A DNA stretch of 58,422 nucleotides from Gammaproteobacteria bacterium (GTDB lineage Bacteria > Pseudomonadota > Gammaproteobacteria > Arenicellales > Poriferihabitantaceae): positions 1 to 58,422 of the forward strand of contig WTGA01000170.1 in NCBI GenBank assembly GCA_011523765.1, in the 5' to 3' direction. The position numbers and the translations under genes were made by a program. The notes beneath the pieces are model-generated. The model had not been told where the DNA came from. It ran no database searches and worked only from the letters and a program-made list of their open reading frames with translations. Positions 19,102 to 28,270 of this stretch are shown here, in pieces; the stretch's first letter is position 1, and each line of letters starts with the position of its first letter.

Positions 19102-19809
19102 CTAAATTCCGAGGTAGGCCTTCTTGACATGGTCATTGTTGGCCAGGTGTTCGGCATCATTCTCCAGCGCAATCTTGCCGGATTCCAGCACATAGCCGTA
19201 GCGGGCAAGTCTCAGGGCAAGGTCCGCATTCTGCTCAACCAGCACGATGGTCACCCCGGCCTGGTTGATGTCGATCAGGGTTTTGCCAATTTCACGGATG
19301 ATAATGGGCGCCAGACCCAGGGACGGCTCATCCAGCAACAGCAATTTGGGTCTGGACATCAGGGCACGGGCGATCGAAACCATTTGCTGTTCTCCACCGC
19401 TGAGTGTGCGGGCGTGCTGGCCCTGCCGTTCCTGTAATTTTGGAAAGATCTGAAACACCCGATGCAAATCCTGGTTGACTTCCGCTTTGTTGTTCCGGGT
19501 AAAGGCCCCGAGCCGCAGGTTTTCAATGACCGACAGGTCCTTGAATATCCTCCTTCCCTCGGGGACCTGGGCGATGCCCAATTTGAGAATTTCATCCGCT
19601 GCCATGCCGTCAATGCGCTGCCCCTGTGCCGTAACGGTGCCGAGGCTGGGTTTCACCAGACCTGAAATGGTTCGCAGGGTGGTGCTTTTGCCGGCACCAT
19701 TGGAGCCGATCAGGGTGATGAAATCCCCGGATTTCACCTCAATGCTGATCCCCCTTAACGCCGTGACATGGTTGTACAGGACGTGCAGGTTTTCTATTTT
19801 CAGGTCCAC
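19102..19809 (-). CDS. Branched-chain-amino-acid-type (HAAT) ABC transporter ATPase, LivF-like
   Basis: Start set to GTG 19809 (GGAGG 9 nt upstream, 1 nt after the preceding stop). Walker A GSNGAGKST, signature LSGGEQQM, Walker B LLLLDEPSLGL. Confidence 0.85.
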   Translation of the reverse strand: MDLKIENLHVLYNHVTALRGISIEVKSGDFITLIGSNGAGKSTTLRTISGLVKPSLGTVTAQGQRIDGMAADEILKLGIAQVPEGRRIFKDLSVIENLRLGAFTRNNKAEVNQDLHRVFQIFPKLQERQGQHARTLSGGEQQMVSIARALMSRPKLLLLDEPSLGLAPIIIREIGKTLIDINQAGVTIVLVEQNADLALRLARYGYVLESGKIALENDAEHLANNDHVKKAYLGI

Positions 19810-19810
19810 G

Positions 19811-20572
19811 TTACATGGCCTCCGTATTTCCCAGATACGCACGGATCACCTTGGCATCATGGCGGATGGCATCCGGGGTTCCTTCCGCGAGTAACGATCC
19901 GAAATTGAGGACGGTCAGATAATCACAGATTCCCATGACCGCTTTCATATCGTGTTCCACCAGCACGATGGTGACTCCCGACTGCCTGACTTTTTCCGTC
20001 AGCCCCATCATGTGCCGGGTTTCTTCCGGGTTCATTCCGGCAAACGGTTCGTCCATGAGCAGAACCACCGGTTCCGAAGCCAGGGCGATGGTGATCGCCA
20101 GTGCGCGTTGTGACCCAAGCGGCAGTTCCGAAGCCAGCTGGTTTTTCCGCTCCGCCAGTCCCATGAAATCCAGCATGCTCAGGGTCTTTTCCATGCATTC
20201 CTGCTGAATATGGCGGTCCAGATTGAAAATAGCGGAAAAAATGTTGGTTTTTGCGCGTTTATGTGCTCCGACCAGTGCATTTTCCAGAACGGTCAGTTCC
20301 TGAAACAGGGTGGTTTCCTGAAACGTTCTGGCTACTCCCAAATGGGCAATTTCCGATGGTTTCCGTCCCTTGATGCTGTGGCCGTTAAAAAAAATATCTC
20401 CGGAAGTTGGCGTGGAAAATCCCGAGATATTCTTGAACATCGTACTCTTTCCGGCGCCATTCGGGCCGATCAGGCCGTGAATGTTCCCGGATTTGACGTG
20501 GAAGCTGACCTCGTTCAAGGCGGTCAACCCGCCGAAGACCTTGGTCACCTGCCGGATCTCCAGCAAATCCAT
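19811..20572 (-). CDS. HAAT ABC transporter ATPase, LivG-like
   Basis: Start ATG 20572 overlaps the livM-like stop (TGATG). Walker A GPNGAGKST, Walker B VLLMDEPFAGM, and the LivG-type C-terminal tail AYLG. Confidence 0.85.
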   Translation of the reverse strand: MDLLEIRQVTKVFGGLTALNEVSFHVKSGNIHGLIGPNGAGKSTMFKNISGFSTPTSGDIFFNGHSIKGRKPSEIAHLGVARTFQETTLFQELTVLENALVGAHKRAKTNIFSAIFNLDRHIQQECMEKTLSMLDFMGLAERKNQLASELPLGSQRALAITIALASEPVVLLMDEPFAGMNPEETRHMMGLTEKVRQSGVTIVLVEHDMKAVMGICDYLTVLNFGSLLAEGTPDAIRHDAKVIRAYLGNTEAM

Positions 20573-21546
20573 CAGCCCTGGATCCCGGGACCGTTTCTGG
20601 CCGCTGCCCGGTTGGACACCCATCCCCGAATTCTTTCGGGAACACTTTCCAGCCCGCTGGGAAGGAACAGGATGGAAGCAATCAGTATCAACCCGTAAAT
20701 GGCAGGTCGAAGCTCTTCAAATCCCCGGAATGACTCGTCCAGAATTGAAAGTACGACTACCCCGATGATGGCACCGTAGAACGTGGCATATCCTCCAACG
20801 ATCACCCAGATGAGAATAAAGACCATAAAGCCAATTCCATACTGGTTGGGGGTCACCGTGCCTAGGTAATGAACCTTCAGCGAACCGGCGATGCCCACGA
20901 ATGCAGAACCGATAATGAAAGCCAAAGAGCGGTATTTCCAGGTATCGACCCCTACCGATTCGGCCAGCGGCGCTTTCCAGTGGACGGCACGGAGAGTCAG
21001 GCCGATTCTGGATTTTTCTATTCGATAAAGCAGAACCAGGCAGAGAGTGACAATGACCAGCACCAGATAAAAATAGGGGACCGGTTCGAGAAAATCGATG
21101 TTGCCCAGTTCAGGGAAAGGAATTCCGCTGATCCCGCCCGTCCCGCCGAACGGTTGAATGAAGTGGATCCAGCAAAGCCGGATGGCTTCCCCTGCGGCAA
21201 ATGAGCCGATCAGGAAATAAAACTGGGTCATGCGGAACAGCGGGAAACAAAGTATCGCCGCGACGGCACCCGCCACACACCCTGCCAGGGGTAACGATAT
21301 CCAGAAAGAGAGCCCGGCAGACTTGGTCAGCAGTGTGCTGGCATACGCACCCACTCCCATCATTACGGCGTGGATCAGCGACCATTCTCCGGTCAGGGTG
21401 ACCAGTCGATAACTGGAAACGACCAGGACATTGATCGTCAGGAAGATCAGAAAATCCTGGTGATGGTATTTCAGGAAGTGCGGGACAATGACCAGGGCCG
21501 CCAGCAATCCCGCCAGCCCTGCACAATTGGTATACTTTTTGGGCAT
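20572..21546 (-). CDS. HAAT ABC transporter permease, LivM-like
   Basis: 324-aa polytopic membrane protein in the LivM position between the LivH-like and LivG-like genes. Confidence 0.85.
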   Translation of the reverse strand: MPKKYTNCAGLAGLLAALVIVPHFLKYHHQDFLIFLTINVLVVSSYRLVTLTGEWSLIHAVMMGVGAYASTLLTKSAGLSFWISLPLAGCVAGAVAAILCFPLFRMTQFYFLIGSFAAGEAIRLCWIHFIQPFGGTGGISGIPFPELGNIDFLEPVPYFYLVLVIVTLCLVLLYRIEKSRIGLTLRAVHWKAPLAESVGVDTWKYRSLAFIIGSAFVGIAGSLKVHYLGTVTPNQYGIGFMVFILIWVIVGGYATFYGAIIGVVVLSILDESFRGFEELRPAIYGLILIASILFLPSGLESVPERIRGWVSNRAAARNGPGIQG

Positions 21547-21547
21547 C

Positions 21548-22417
21548 TCAATCGCTGACCGACCTGCCCATGATCCCGGTGGGTTTGATGATCAGTACCA
21601 GGACCATGATCAGCAACCCCGAGATGGTCGCAATCGTCGCGCTGAAGTAAGTGGTGACCATGGTGTGGAACAGCGCATACAGCACGGCTGCCAGAACGGC
21701 TCCGGACAGACTGCCAACCCCCCCTACGATGGTCACGATGAATGCCGTAATGATGATATTGTGGCCCATGTGGGGATTGATATTGGTCAGCGGAGCCGTC
21801 AATGCACCGGCCAACCCGGCCATGGCGGCACCGATGGAGATCGCAATCATGGAAATTCTGTTGGTATTGATTCCCTGCAGGGAAGAGGCTTCGCGGTCCT
21901 GGGCGACTGCCCTCAGTGCCCAGCCCATTTTCGAACGGGTAAGAAACAGCCACAGCGCAACCAGGGCCGCCAGGGAAACCGCGATGCTGAAGACCCGCTG
22001 TACCGGTATGCGCAGGGATTCAAACAGGACAAAGGTTCCCTGGTAGGGAGGGGGAACCTGTTTCGATGGTCCATCGCCACCAATGAGGGTTGCGGCGATC
22101 TGCAGGATGAACAATACGCCAATGGAGCAAATCAACCCTCCAAGAGGGTCATTGCGTTTCGGCCGGAACAGGAAACGTTCCATCGCCATGCCGATTGCCG
22201 TCACAATGACAATGGCAATAAGGATGGTCCACAAAAAGGGGACACCGTGCTGGGCATGCAGAAACCAGACGGTATAGGCCCCGACCATGACCAATTCGCC
22301 GTGGGCAAAATTCACCACGCCCATGACGCCAAAGATCAGCACCAGGCCCACTGCGTACAGCGCGAAGAATCCGCTTTGAATGAAACCGTTTACGATGGAT
22401 TGGACAAGGAGGTCCAC
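21548..22417 (-). CDS. HAAT ABC transporter permease, LivH-like
   Basis: 289 aa with a typical LivH N-terminus (LVQSIVNGFIQSGFFALYAVGLVLIFGVMGVVNFAHGE). Confidence 0.85.
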   Translation of the reverse strand: MDLLVQSIVNGFIQSGFFALYAVGLVLIFGVMGVVNFAHGELVMVGAYTVWFLHAQHGVPFLWTILIAIVIVTAIGMAMERFLFRPKRNDPLGGLICSIGVLFILQIAATLIGGDGPSKQVPPPYQGTFVLFESLRIPVQRVFSIAVSLAALVALWLFLTRSKMGWALRAVAQDREASSLQGINTNRISMIAISIGAAMAGLAGALTAPLTNINPHMGHNIIITAFIVTIVGGVGSLSGAVLAAVLYALFHTMVTTYFSATIATISGLLIMVLVLIIKPTGIMGRSVSD

Positions 22418-22594
22418 AATCAGTACCTTGAAAGATTCCGGCTTAATCCTGATAGTTCATGCGCACTATGCACGGAAAGTCAATGCGGTCCCGGGCTGGT
22501 TCCCGCTGAGGGCTGTGCAGGTGGATACCAGTTATTCTGGGTGATATCCGGTGTCCTGGGCCAGTCAGGGATTGGGTTCCGAACGAGGATGAAA

Positions 22595-22618
22595 GGGGGA
22601 GAAGCGGCCGCCTCCCCC
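22595..22618 (-). other. GC-rich stem-loop just downstream of the binding-protein gene
   Basis: On the transcribed strand the sequence is GGGGGAG-GCGGCCGCTT-CTCCCCC, a 7-bp stem whose loop contains a NotI palindrome, followed by TTTC. It lies in the unusually long 226-nt spacer before the LivH-like gene. Confidence 0.45.
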
Positions 22619-22643
22619 CCTGCAGAAAAAATCCGGGAACGGG

Positions 22644-23933
22644 TTACACCACACGCAATCCCATCTCCTTCATGTGCTTGACCAGTACCTCCGTATTGCT
22701 GGACAGCCAGCCAGCGACATCGCCGAATTCCTGAATGCGCGCCTTGCCTTCTTCAATCACGACAACCGGCCATCTGCCCACCAGGGTGTTATCGAGTCCC
22801 CAGAGTTGGCTGCCCCACCACTGTCCGCCGCCGAATATGAACTGCTGTTCAGTGCTTTTCATGGCGGCAAGAATGTCGTCGGTATCCAGACTGCCCGCGG
22901 TTTGTGCGGCCTCAATCCAGTTGAGCGCGATGGTCGGGTATTCCCAGGATACTGCGGACCAGTCATTGGGATGATCCTTGCGGAATGCCGCATCAAATCC
23001 GCCGGGGTCCGGGAACTTGACCCCTTCTTCCGTCAATTTCGGGTCATCAAAGTCAGGGAACTGGTAGATGGTGCCGTTCACAAATTCCTGGCTGGTTTTT
23101 GCGATGATTTCATCGTAATAATCCAGGGTGCACGAGATGATCTTTCCCTGGTATCCCTGGTGGTACAGCTGTTCCATCAAGGGGGTCACATAAAAACTGG
23201 TGGCCATGCAAAAAACATCCGGATTCTTGGCCAGCACGGAACTTACAATGGGGGCGAAATCGGTAATATCGAAACCATGGAGGTTGACATCAATCACCTC
23301 AATGCCGGCCACTTCAAAGGCCGCCTTGTAGGTGGCAGCCGATTGCAGGCCGTATTCCACATCATTGTTGGTAACGATCGCGGCAGTTTTGACATCCGGG
23401 TGATTCCGCGCCAGCCATTCAACACCGGTCACATTGTAAAGCGGGTGTGACTCGCAAGTCGCCACCAGGTATTCGGAATCCGGTGTGATGTCACTTGGCA
23501 GCAGGGTGGTGGTCAAAACCTTCTTTCTTGTTCCCCAGGGCAGGACGGATGCAACCGTGGAACCTCCGAGCATCATGACCATTTTGGCTTCGTCTTCCAG
23601 GACCAGTTTCTTGAAACCCTGTACCGCTTTATCGGTGTCATATCCGTGGTCATAGGCGGCAATATTGATATCATACGTGGTGCCTCCGATGGAAACGCCC
23701 CCGGCATCATTGATATTTTTTGCAATGATTTCACATCCATACAGGCCAGGCAATCCCCAGGGTGCATAGTCGCCCGTCATTGGAATGTTCATGCCGAGCG
23801 TAATCACATCGTTCGCCGCACTGCTGATACGGGGGAAGACGGTGCCCAGGGCAACCCCCGCGACCCCTGCAGTGGTTTTTCCAATAAACTCTCTTCGGTT
23901 CATTTTGCTTGTAGTCAATTTTTTCTCAGTCAT
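22644..23933 (-). CDS. Periplasmic substrate-binding protein, type-I PBP (Leu/Ile/Val/amide/urea family) with twin-arginine signal
   Basis: Start ATG 23933 (GAGG 6 nt upstream). Tat-like motif NRREFIGK is followed by a hydrophobic stretch and SSA cleavage context. The mature part has the LivJ/AmiC-type fold pattern (ITLGMNIPMTGDYAPWG). It heads an SBP-H-M-G-F operon. Confidence 0.8.
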   Translation of the reverse strand: MTEKKLTTSKMNRREFIGKTTAGVAGVALGTVFPRISSAANDVITLGMNIPMTGDYAPWGLPGLYGCEIIAKNINDAGGVSIGGTTYDINIAAYDHGYDTDKAVQGFKKLVLEDEAKMVMMLGGSTVASVLPWGTRKKVLTTTLLPSDITPDSEYLVATCESHPLYNVTGVEWLARNHPDVKTAAIVTNNDVEYGLQSAATYKAAFEVAGIEVIDVNLHGFDITDFAPIVSSVLAKNPDVFCMATSFYVTPLMEQLYHQGYQGKIISCTLDYYDEIIAKTSQEFVNGTIYQFPDFDDPKLTEEGVKFPDPGGFDAAFRKDHPNDWSAVSWEYPTIALNWIEAAQTAGSLDTDDILAAMKSTEQQFIFGGGQWWGSQLWGLDNTLVGRWPVVVIEEGKARIQEFGDVAGWLSSNTEVLVKHMKEMGLRVV

Positions 23934-24457
23934 TTGGAGCCTCGCATTCAAGTTTTCTTTGGGTTCCACTTTGCAAACCGTCCATGAATACTGTCATCTA
24001 TCACTGCGTGCATCGTGTGTGAACTTCGGTTGCTTTGTTTCCCCGGTTTTACTACCTGTCCAGAACATCTTTCATATACAACAGGGAAATTATACATTAC
24101 TTTTCAAGAAAGTACCCAAATTCGCCGGAGTCCGGCCGTTTGCAATGATTTGACCCGGGATGCAGGAGGGATGCGCGGGTTCACGGACCGGGGATAAACT
24201 CCGGCTTCCGGGCGCTCGTTGCGGACCGGGTAAAGCGGTGCCAGCCGGGCCGTTGGCCACGATGTCCACGGCTCTTTCGGGTGTGGTATAGTAGGCCGTC
24301 CCCAAGGCTCAGGAGTGTTTCCTTCCCGACTGCCAGGGAGGCCTGTATCCATGTGCCGGCAACACTGCATCCTGTCACCCGCTTGACAGGCTTCGTAATT
24401 GAAAAACCGGAAACATGCTGTTTGCGTCCAAGTGGTTAAGAAAATGGTCCAATATCA

Positions 24458-24898
24458 ATGAATACCCTGGCAGGTAAAACAAAAATCGGATGGCGTGAGT
24501 GGGTCCGGTTACCGGGTCTCGGGATTCCCCGGATCAAAGCAAAAGTTGACACCGGCGCCCATACGTCATCCCTGGACGCCCAGGTGATCGAATATTTTGA
24601 GGAAAAGGGTGAAAGCCTGGTTCGGTTTGAAGCCATCTACGGCAGCCAAAAGAATCGGAAATCGAAAATCTGTACAGCCAGGGTGGTGGAGCATCGGAAC
24701 GTGACCAATTCCGGAGGGCAAATTGAAGAGCGCATCGTGATTTGCACCACCGTTCAAATCGGGCAGGTCAGCAAGGAAATTGAAATTTCCCTGGCCTGTC
24801 GAAAGAACATGAAATTCCGGATGTTGCTGGGCCGGACCACAATCAGCCATGACTTTATCATTGATCCGGTTGAATCATATCTCGCGGCCAATCCCTGA
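24458..24898 (+). CDS. Retropepsin-like aspartic peptidase domain protein (RimB-type partner of RimK)
   Basis: 146 aa with a KAKVDTGAHTSSL (DTGA) motif. It lies 46 nt upstream of rimK on the same strand, the arrangement described for rimK operons. Confidence 0.7.
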   Translation: MNTLAGKTKIGWREWVRLPGLGIPRIKAKVDTGAHTSSLDAQVIEYFEEKGESLVRFEAIYGSQKNRKSKICTARVVEHRNVTNSGGQIEERIVICTTVQIGQVSKEIEISLACRKNMKFRMLLGRTTISHDFIIDPVESYLAANP

Positions 24899-24944
24899 CC
24901 GGAACGGCCATATCAGCGTCAACCCCACATAATCTGCCTATCTA

Positions 24945-25856
24945 ATGAAAATAACCGTTCTTTCACGCAATCGGAATCTATACTCGACACGCAGGCTGGT
25001 GGAAGCTGCGGAGGCCCGGGGCCACAGCGTAATGGTGCTGGACCACCTGCGTTGTTTTATGGATATCACCTCTGCGAATCCCACTATCCATTACGGGTCC
25101 CGGGAATTTGACCGCAATGATTTTGATGCGGTCATTCCCCGGATTGGCGCGTCCGTGTCCTTCTATGGGACCGCTATCGTTCGCCAGTTCGAAATGATGA
25201 ACATTTACAGTGTCAACGAGTCGGTCGCCATCGGACGCTCTCGGGACAAGCTCCGCTCTCTCCAGATTTTGTCGCGAAACGGAATCGGCATGCCGACGAC
25301 CGCCTTTGCACATTCGAGCAAGGACATTGACCAGATTATTGAAGAAGTCGGGGGAGCTCCCCTGGTGATCAAGCTGCTTGAAGGCACCCAGGGCAAGGGC
25401 GTTGTCCTGGCGGAAACCAAGAAGGCGGCGGAAAGCGTGATACAGGCTTTTATGAAGCTCAAGGCCAACATCCTGGTTCAGGAATATATCCGGGAAGCCG
25501 GGGGGGCGGATTTGCGGTGCCTGGTGGTTGGACAAAAGGTCATCGCAGCGATGGAGCGGCAAGGCCCGGCCGGGGAGTTCAGGTCGAATCTGCATCAGGG
25601 GGGGCAGGCCAAGCTCATCAAGCTCACGCCGGCAGAAAGAAGAACGGCGGCCAGGGCCGCACATGTCATGGGTCTGAATGTGGCAGGCGTGGACCTGTTG
25701 CGTTCCAAGAAAGGACCACTGGTCATGGAAGTGAACTCATCTCCCGGTTTGCAGGGGATCGAAACCGCAACCGGGAAGGATGTTGCCAGGATGATTATCG
25801 AATTTATTGAAGTGAATGCGAAACCCAGGAGAACCCGTACCCGGGGATCAGGTTAG
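24945..25856 (+). CDS. rimK: Ribosomal protein S6 L-glutamate ligase (ATP-grasp)
   Basis: 303 aa, collinear with E. coli RimK as recalled ([65 protein letters not shown]). Confidence 0.9.
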   Translation: MKITVLSRNRNLYSTRRLVEAAEARGHSVMVLDHLRCFMDITSANPTIHYGSREFDRNDFDAVIPRIGASVSFYGTAIVRQFEMMNIYSVNESVAIGRSRDKLRSLQILSRNGIGMPTTAFAHSSKDIDQIIEEVGGAPLVIKLLEGTQGKGVVLAETKKAAESVIQAFMKLKANILVQEYIREAGGADLRCLVVGQKVIAAMERQGPAGEFRSNLHQGGQAKLIKLTPAERRTAARAAHVMGLNVAGVDLLRSKKGPLVMEVNSSPGLQGIETATGKDVARMIIEFIEVNAKPRRTRTRGSG

Positions 25857-25934
25857 GGGTGCGGGCTGAACCCGGATACAGCCGGGGCGAGGTTCCCGCC
25901 GGGTGCAGGAACGGGCCGGATGTTGGTATGAGCA

Positions 25935-26045
25935 GTCGGCAAGGCCCGGAAAGTTGACCACCAGGGGTACATGTGCGTCGATGGTCGGCAACGGCATCAT
26001 CCGTCCGTCGGCAAGGCCCGGAAAGTTGACCACCAGGGGTACATG
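25935..26045. repeat. Perfect 39-bp direct repeat (2 copies, 33-bp spacer)
   Basis: GTCGGCAAGGCCCGGAAAGTTGACCACCAGGGGTACATG occurs at 25935-25973 and again at 26007-26045. The spacer contains a partial third copy of the first 8 nt (GTCGGCAA, 25984-25991). The repeat lies in the convergent rimK/MFS intergenic region. Confidence 0.9.
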
Positions 26046-26071
26046 GACCGTTTTGCCAATGGAACAATGTT

Positions 26072-27292
26072 TCAGGTTGTGGAGAGGGCCAGCCGGGGCA
26101 GCGGCTTTTCATTGATAGGCAAATGAATCAGTGCGGCGGCCAGCCCAACCGTGATTCCGGCCCACCACATTCCATCATAGGACCCGGTCTGATCGAAAAT
26201 GCGGCCACCCAGCCAGACACCCATGAAGCTGCCGATCTGGTGCGAGAGGAAAACAATGCCAAACAGGGTGGCCATGTATCGGACCCCAAACACCTGGGCA
26301 ACAATGCCGGTCGTCAGCGGGACGGTGGACAACCACAGAATCCCCATCATGCCCGCAAACAGCAGCATGACAGCGGGAGTTTTGGGGGCAAGGAGCAGGG
26401 CCAGGATCACCAGGGATCTTGAAAAGTAAATCACGCTCAACCCGTATTTCTTGCTCCATCTCTGGCCGGCCAGGCCAGAGAGAATGGAGCCGACGATATT
26501 CATCAACCCGATCAGTGCAATGGAATACGCACCAATGGCCGGGTCCAGCCCCAGGTCCTTGATATAGGCAGGCAAATGAACGGTAATGAAGGCCACATGA
26601 AACCCGCAGACAAAGAACCCGATGGTCAGCAGGATATATCCCCGATGCATCATGGCTTCCGACAGGGCCTCTTTCAGTGTCTGGTCTGCCACGAGTGTAT
26701 CGGATTGTGCTTTCGCTGACTTCGGCAGGCACAATGCCAGCGGGATCATGACCAGGGAAATGGACGCCAGCAGCACCAATGCCGTATGCCACCCGTAGGC
26801 ACTGATAAACCCTTGGCTTATGGGAGAAAATATTACCTGTCCAAACGATCCCGCCGCCGTGCCGATTCCCAGGACAAAGGATCTTTTTTCAGGTCCGACC
26901 ACCCGGACCATTGCAGCCATCGCCAGGGTGAAGGCGGAAAATGCCACGCCCAGTCCGGTCAGTATCCCCCCCGTCAATTGGAGGGCAAGGCCGGAGTCCG
27001 CACTGGACATTCCCCAGATTCCCAGGGCATACATGATGGCACCCGCCACGATGACTTTTACCGTCCCCTGTTTGTCGGCGATGGCCCCTGCGAAGGGAAG
27101 TCCGATTCCCCAAAAAAGGTTCTGCAGTGCCATGGCCAACCCGAAAGTTTCCCGGGTCCACCCCTGGTCGACGGTCATCGGTTCCAGGAACAGCCCGAAC
27201 GAGGACCGGATCCCGAAACCGGTCATTGAAATCAGGCAACCGGCAATGAGTGCGGCCAGGGGGGTCCGCCAGTGCAGCGTCGTTTGATTCAT
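26072..27292 (-). CDS. MFS transporter (monocarboxylate/oxalate-formate-antiporter-like)
   Basis: ORF trimmed to ATG 27292, because the upstream part overlaps the crotonase gene. 406 aa with 12 predicted TM segments and an MFS loop motif region (GAIADKQGTVKVIV). Confidence 0.8.
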   Translation of the reverse strand: MNQTTLHWRTPLAALIAGCLISMTGFGIRSSFGLFLEPMTVDQGWTRETFGLAMALQNLFWGIGLPFAGAIADKQGTVKVIVAGAIMYALGIWGMSSADSGLALQLTGGILTGLGVAFSAFTLAMAAMVRVVGPEKRSFVLGIGTAAGSFGQVIFSPISQGFISAYGWHTALVLLASISLVMIPLALCLPKSAKAQSDTLVADQTLKEALSEAMMHRGYILLTIGFFVCGFHVAFITVHLPAYIKDLGLDPAIGAYSIALIGLMNIVGSILSGLAGQRWSKKYGLSVIYFSRSLVILALLLAPKTPAVMLLFAGMMGILWLSTVPLTTGIVAQVFGVRYMATLFGIVFLSHQIGSFMGVWLGGRIFDQTGSYDGMWWAGITVGLAAALIHLPINEKPLPRLALSTT

Positions 27293-27305
27293 GGGTTGCA
27301 AACAG

Positions 27306-28082
27306 TTACTGGTGACTCCACCGGGCTTTTCGTTTTTCCACAAACGCGGCCATTCCCTCTTTTTGGTCTTTCGTTGCAAATGCGGACTGGAAAGTCCGGC
27401 GTTCGAACAATAGCCCCGCCTGCAGGGTCGTCTCAAGCGCCTGGTTGACACACTCCTTGTTCAGGTTCAGGCCGACACGGGATTTCGACGCCACTTCCTT
27501 GGCCACGGCGCGGACATCCTCCATAAATGTTTCCGCCGGAAAGACCCGGGAAGCCAGACCGGCACGTTCCGCTTCCTCTGCGTCCATCATCCGGCCGGTC
27601 AGACACATGTCCATGGCCTTGGACTTGCCCACCAGGCGGGTCAGCCGCTGGGTCCCGCCCCAGCCGGGGAGAACGCCAAGGTTGATTTCCGGCTGGCCGA
27701 ACCTTGCCTTGCTGGATGCGAGGATAAAATCACACATCATGGCAATTTCGCAACCGCCGCCCAGGGCAAAACCATTGACCGCAGCGATCATCGGTGTCCG
27801 GATACGGCTGATCAGCGATTCCAGGTGGCTGGTGTTGTCATCCCGGTACATGTCCATGTACGATTTGTCCTGCATCTGGGTAATATCGGCACCCGCGGCA
27901 AATGCCTTGCCTTTCCCGGTGATGACAATGCATCCGATCCGGTCGTTCTTCGCAAACTGACACAGTGCCTCCCCCACTTCGGTGCGCAATTCCCGGGACA
28001 GGGCATTCAGGACTTCAGGCCGGTTCAGGGTGATGATTCCGATGTGTTCATCCGTCTCGGTTTCAATGTTCTGGTAATTCAA
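27306..28082 (-). CDS. Enoyl-CoA hydratase/isomerase (crotonase family)
   Basis: 258 aa. Crotonase hallmarks: ITLNRPEVLNAL, ITGKGKAFAAGADI, ALGGGCEIAMMCDFILA, PEINLGVLPGWGGTQRL. Confidence 0.85.
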   Translation of the reverse strand: MNYQNIETETDEHIGIITLNRPEVLNALSRELRTEVGEALCQFAKNDRIGCIVITGKGKAFAAGADITQMQDKSYMDMYRDDNTSHLESLISRIRTPMIAAVNGFALGGGCEIAMMCDFILASSKARFGQPEINLGVLPGWGGTQRLTRLVGKSKAMDMCLTGRMMDAEEAERAGLASRVFPAETFMEDVRAVAKEVASKSRVGLNLNKECVNQALETTLQAGLLFERRTFQSAFATKDQKEGMAAFVEKRKARWSHQ

Positions 28083-28270
28083 GATTCGGTACCTCTATCC
28101 AGTAAATACAGGGTTTGAAGGGCGGGATTGTGGCCGGAATGCAGCGGCCATGCCAGCTGGGTGAACTTTCCTGTTTCGGGTCATTTTCATTTACAATAGC
28201 ACAATAAAATGGAAAGGGCTGTTCAGGCAAAGGAGCCCTGAACCCGGGAAAATCCTTCATAACACAAAAA

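Noticed and set aside
25935-26045. Reading the 39-bp repeat / 33-bp spacer as a CRISPR array
   Set aside because: There are only two repeat copies. No cas genes, leader or further spacers are in the window, and the repeat has no internal palindrome. It is kept as an unexplained repeat, not called as CRISPR.
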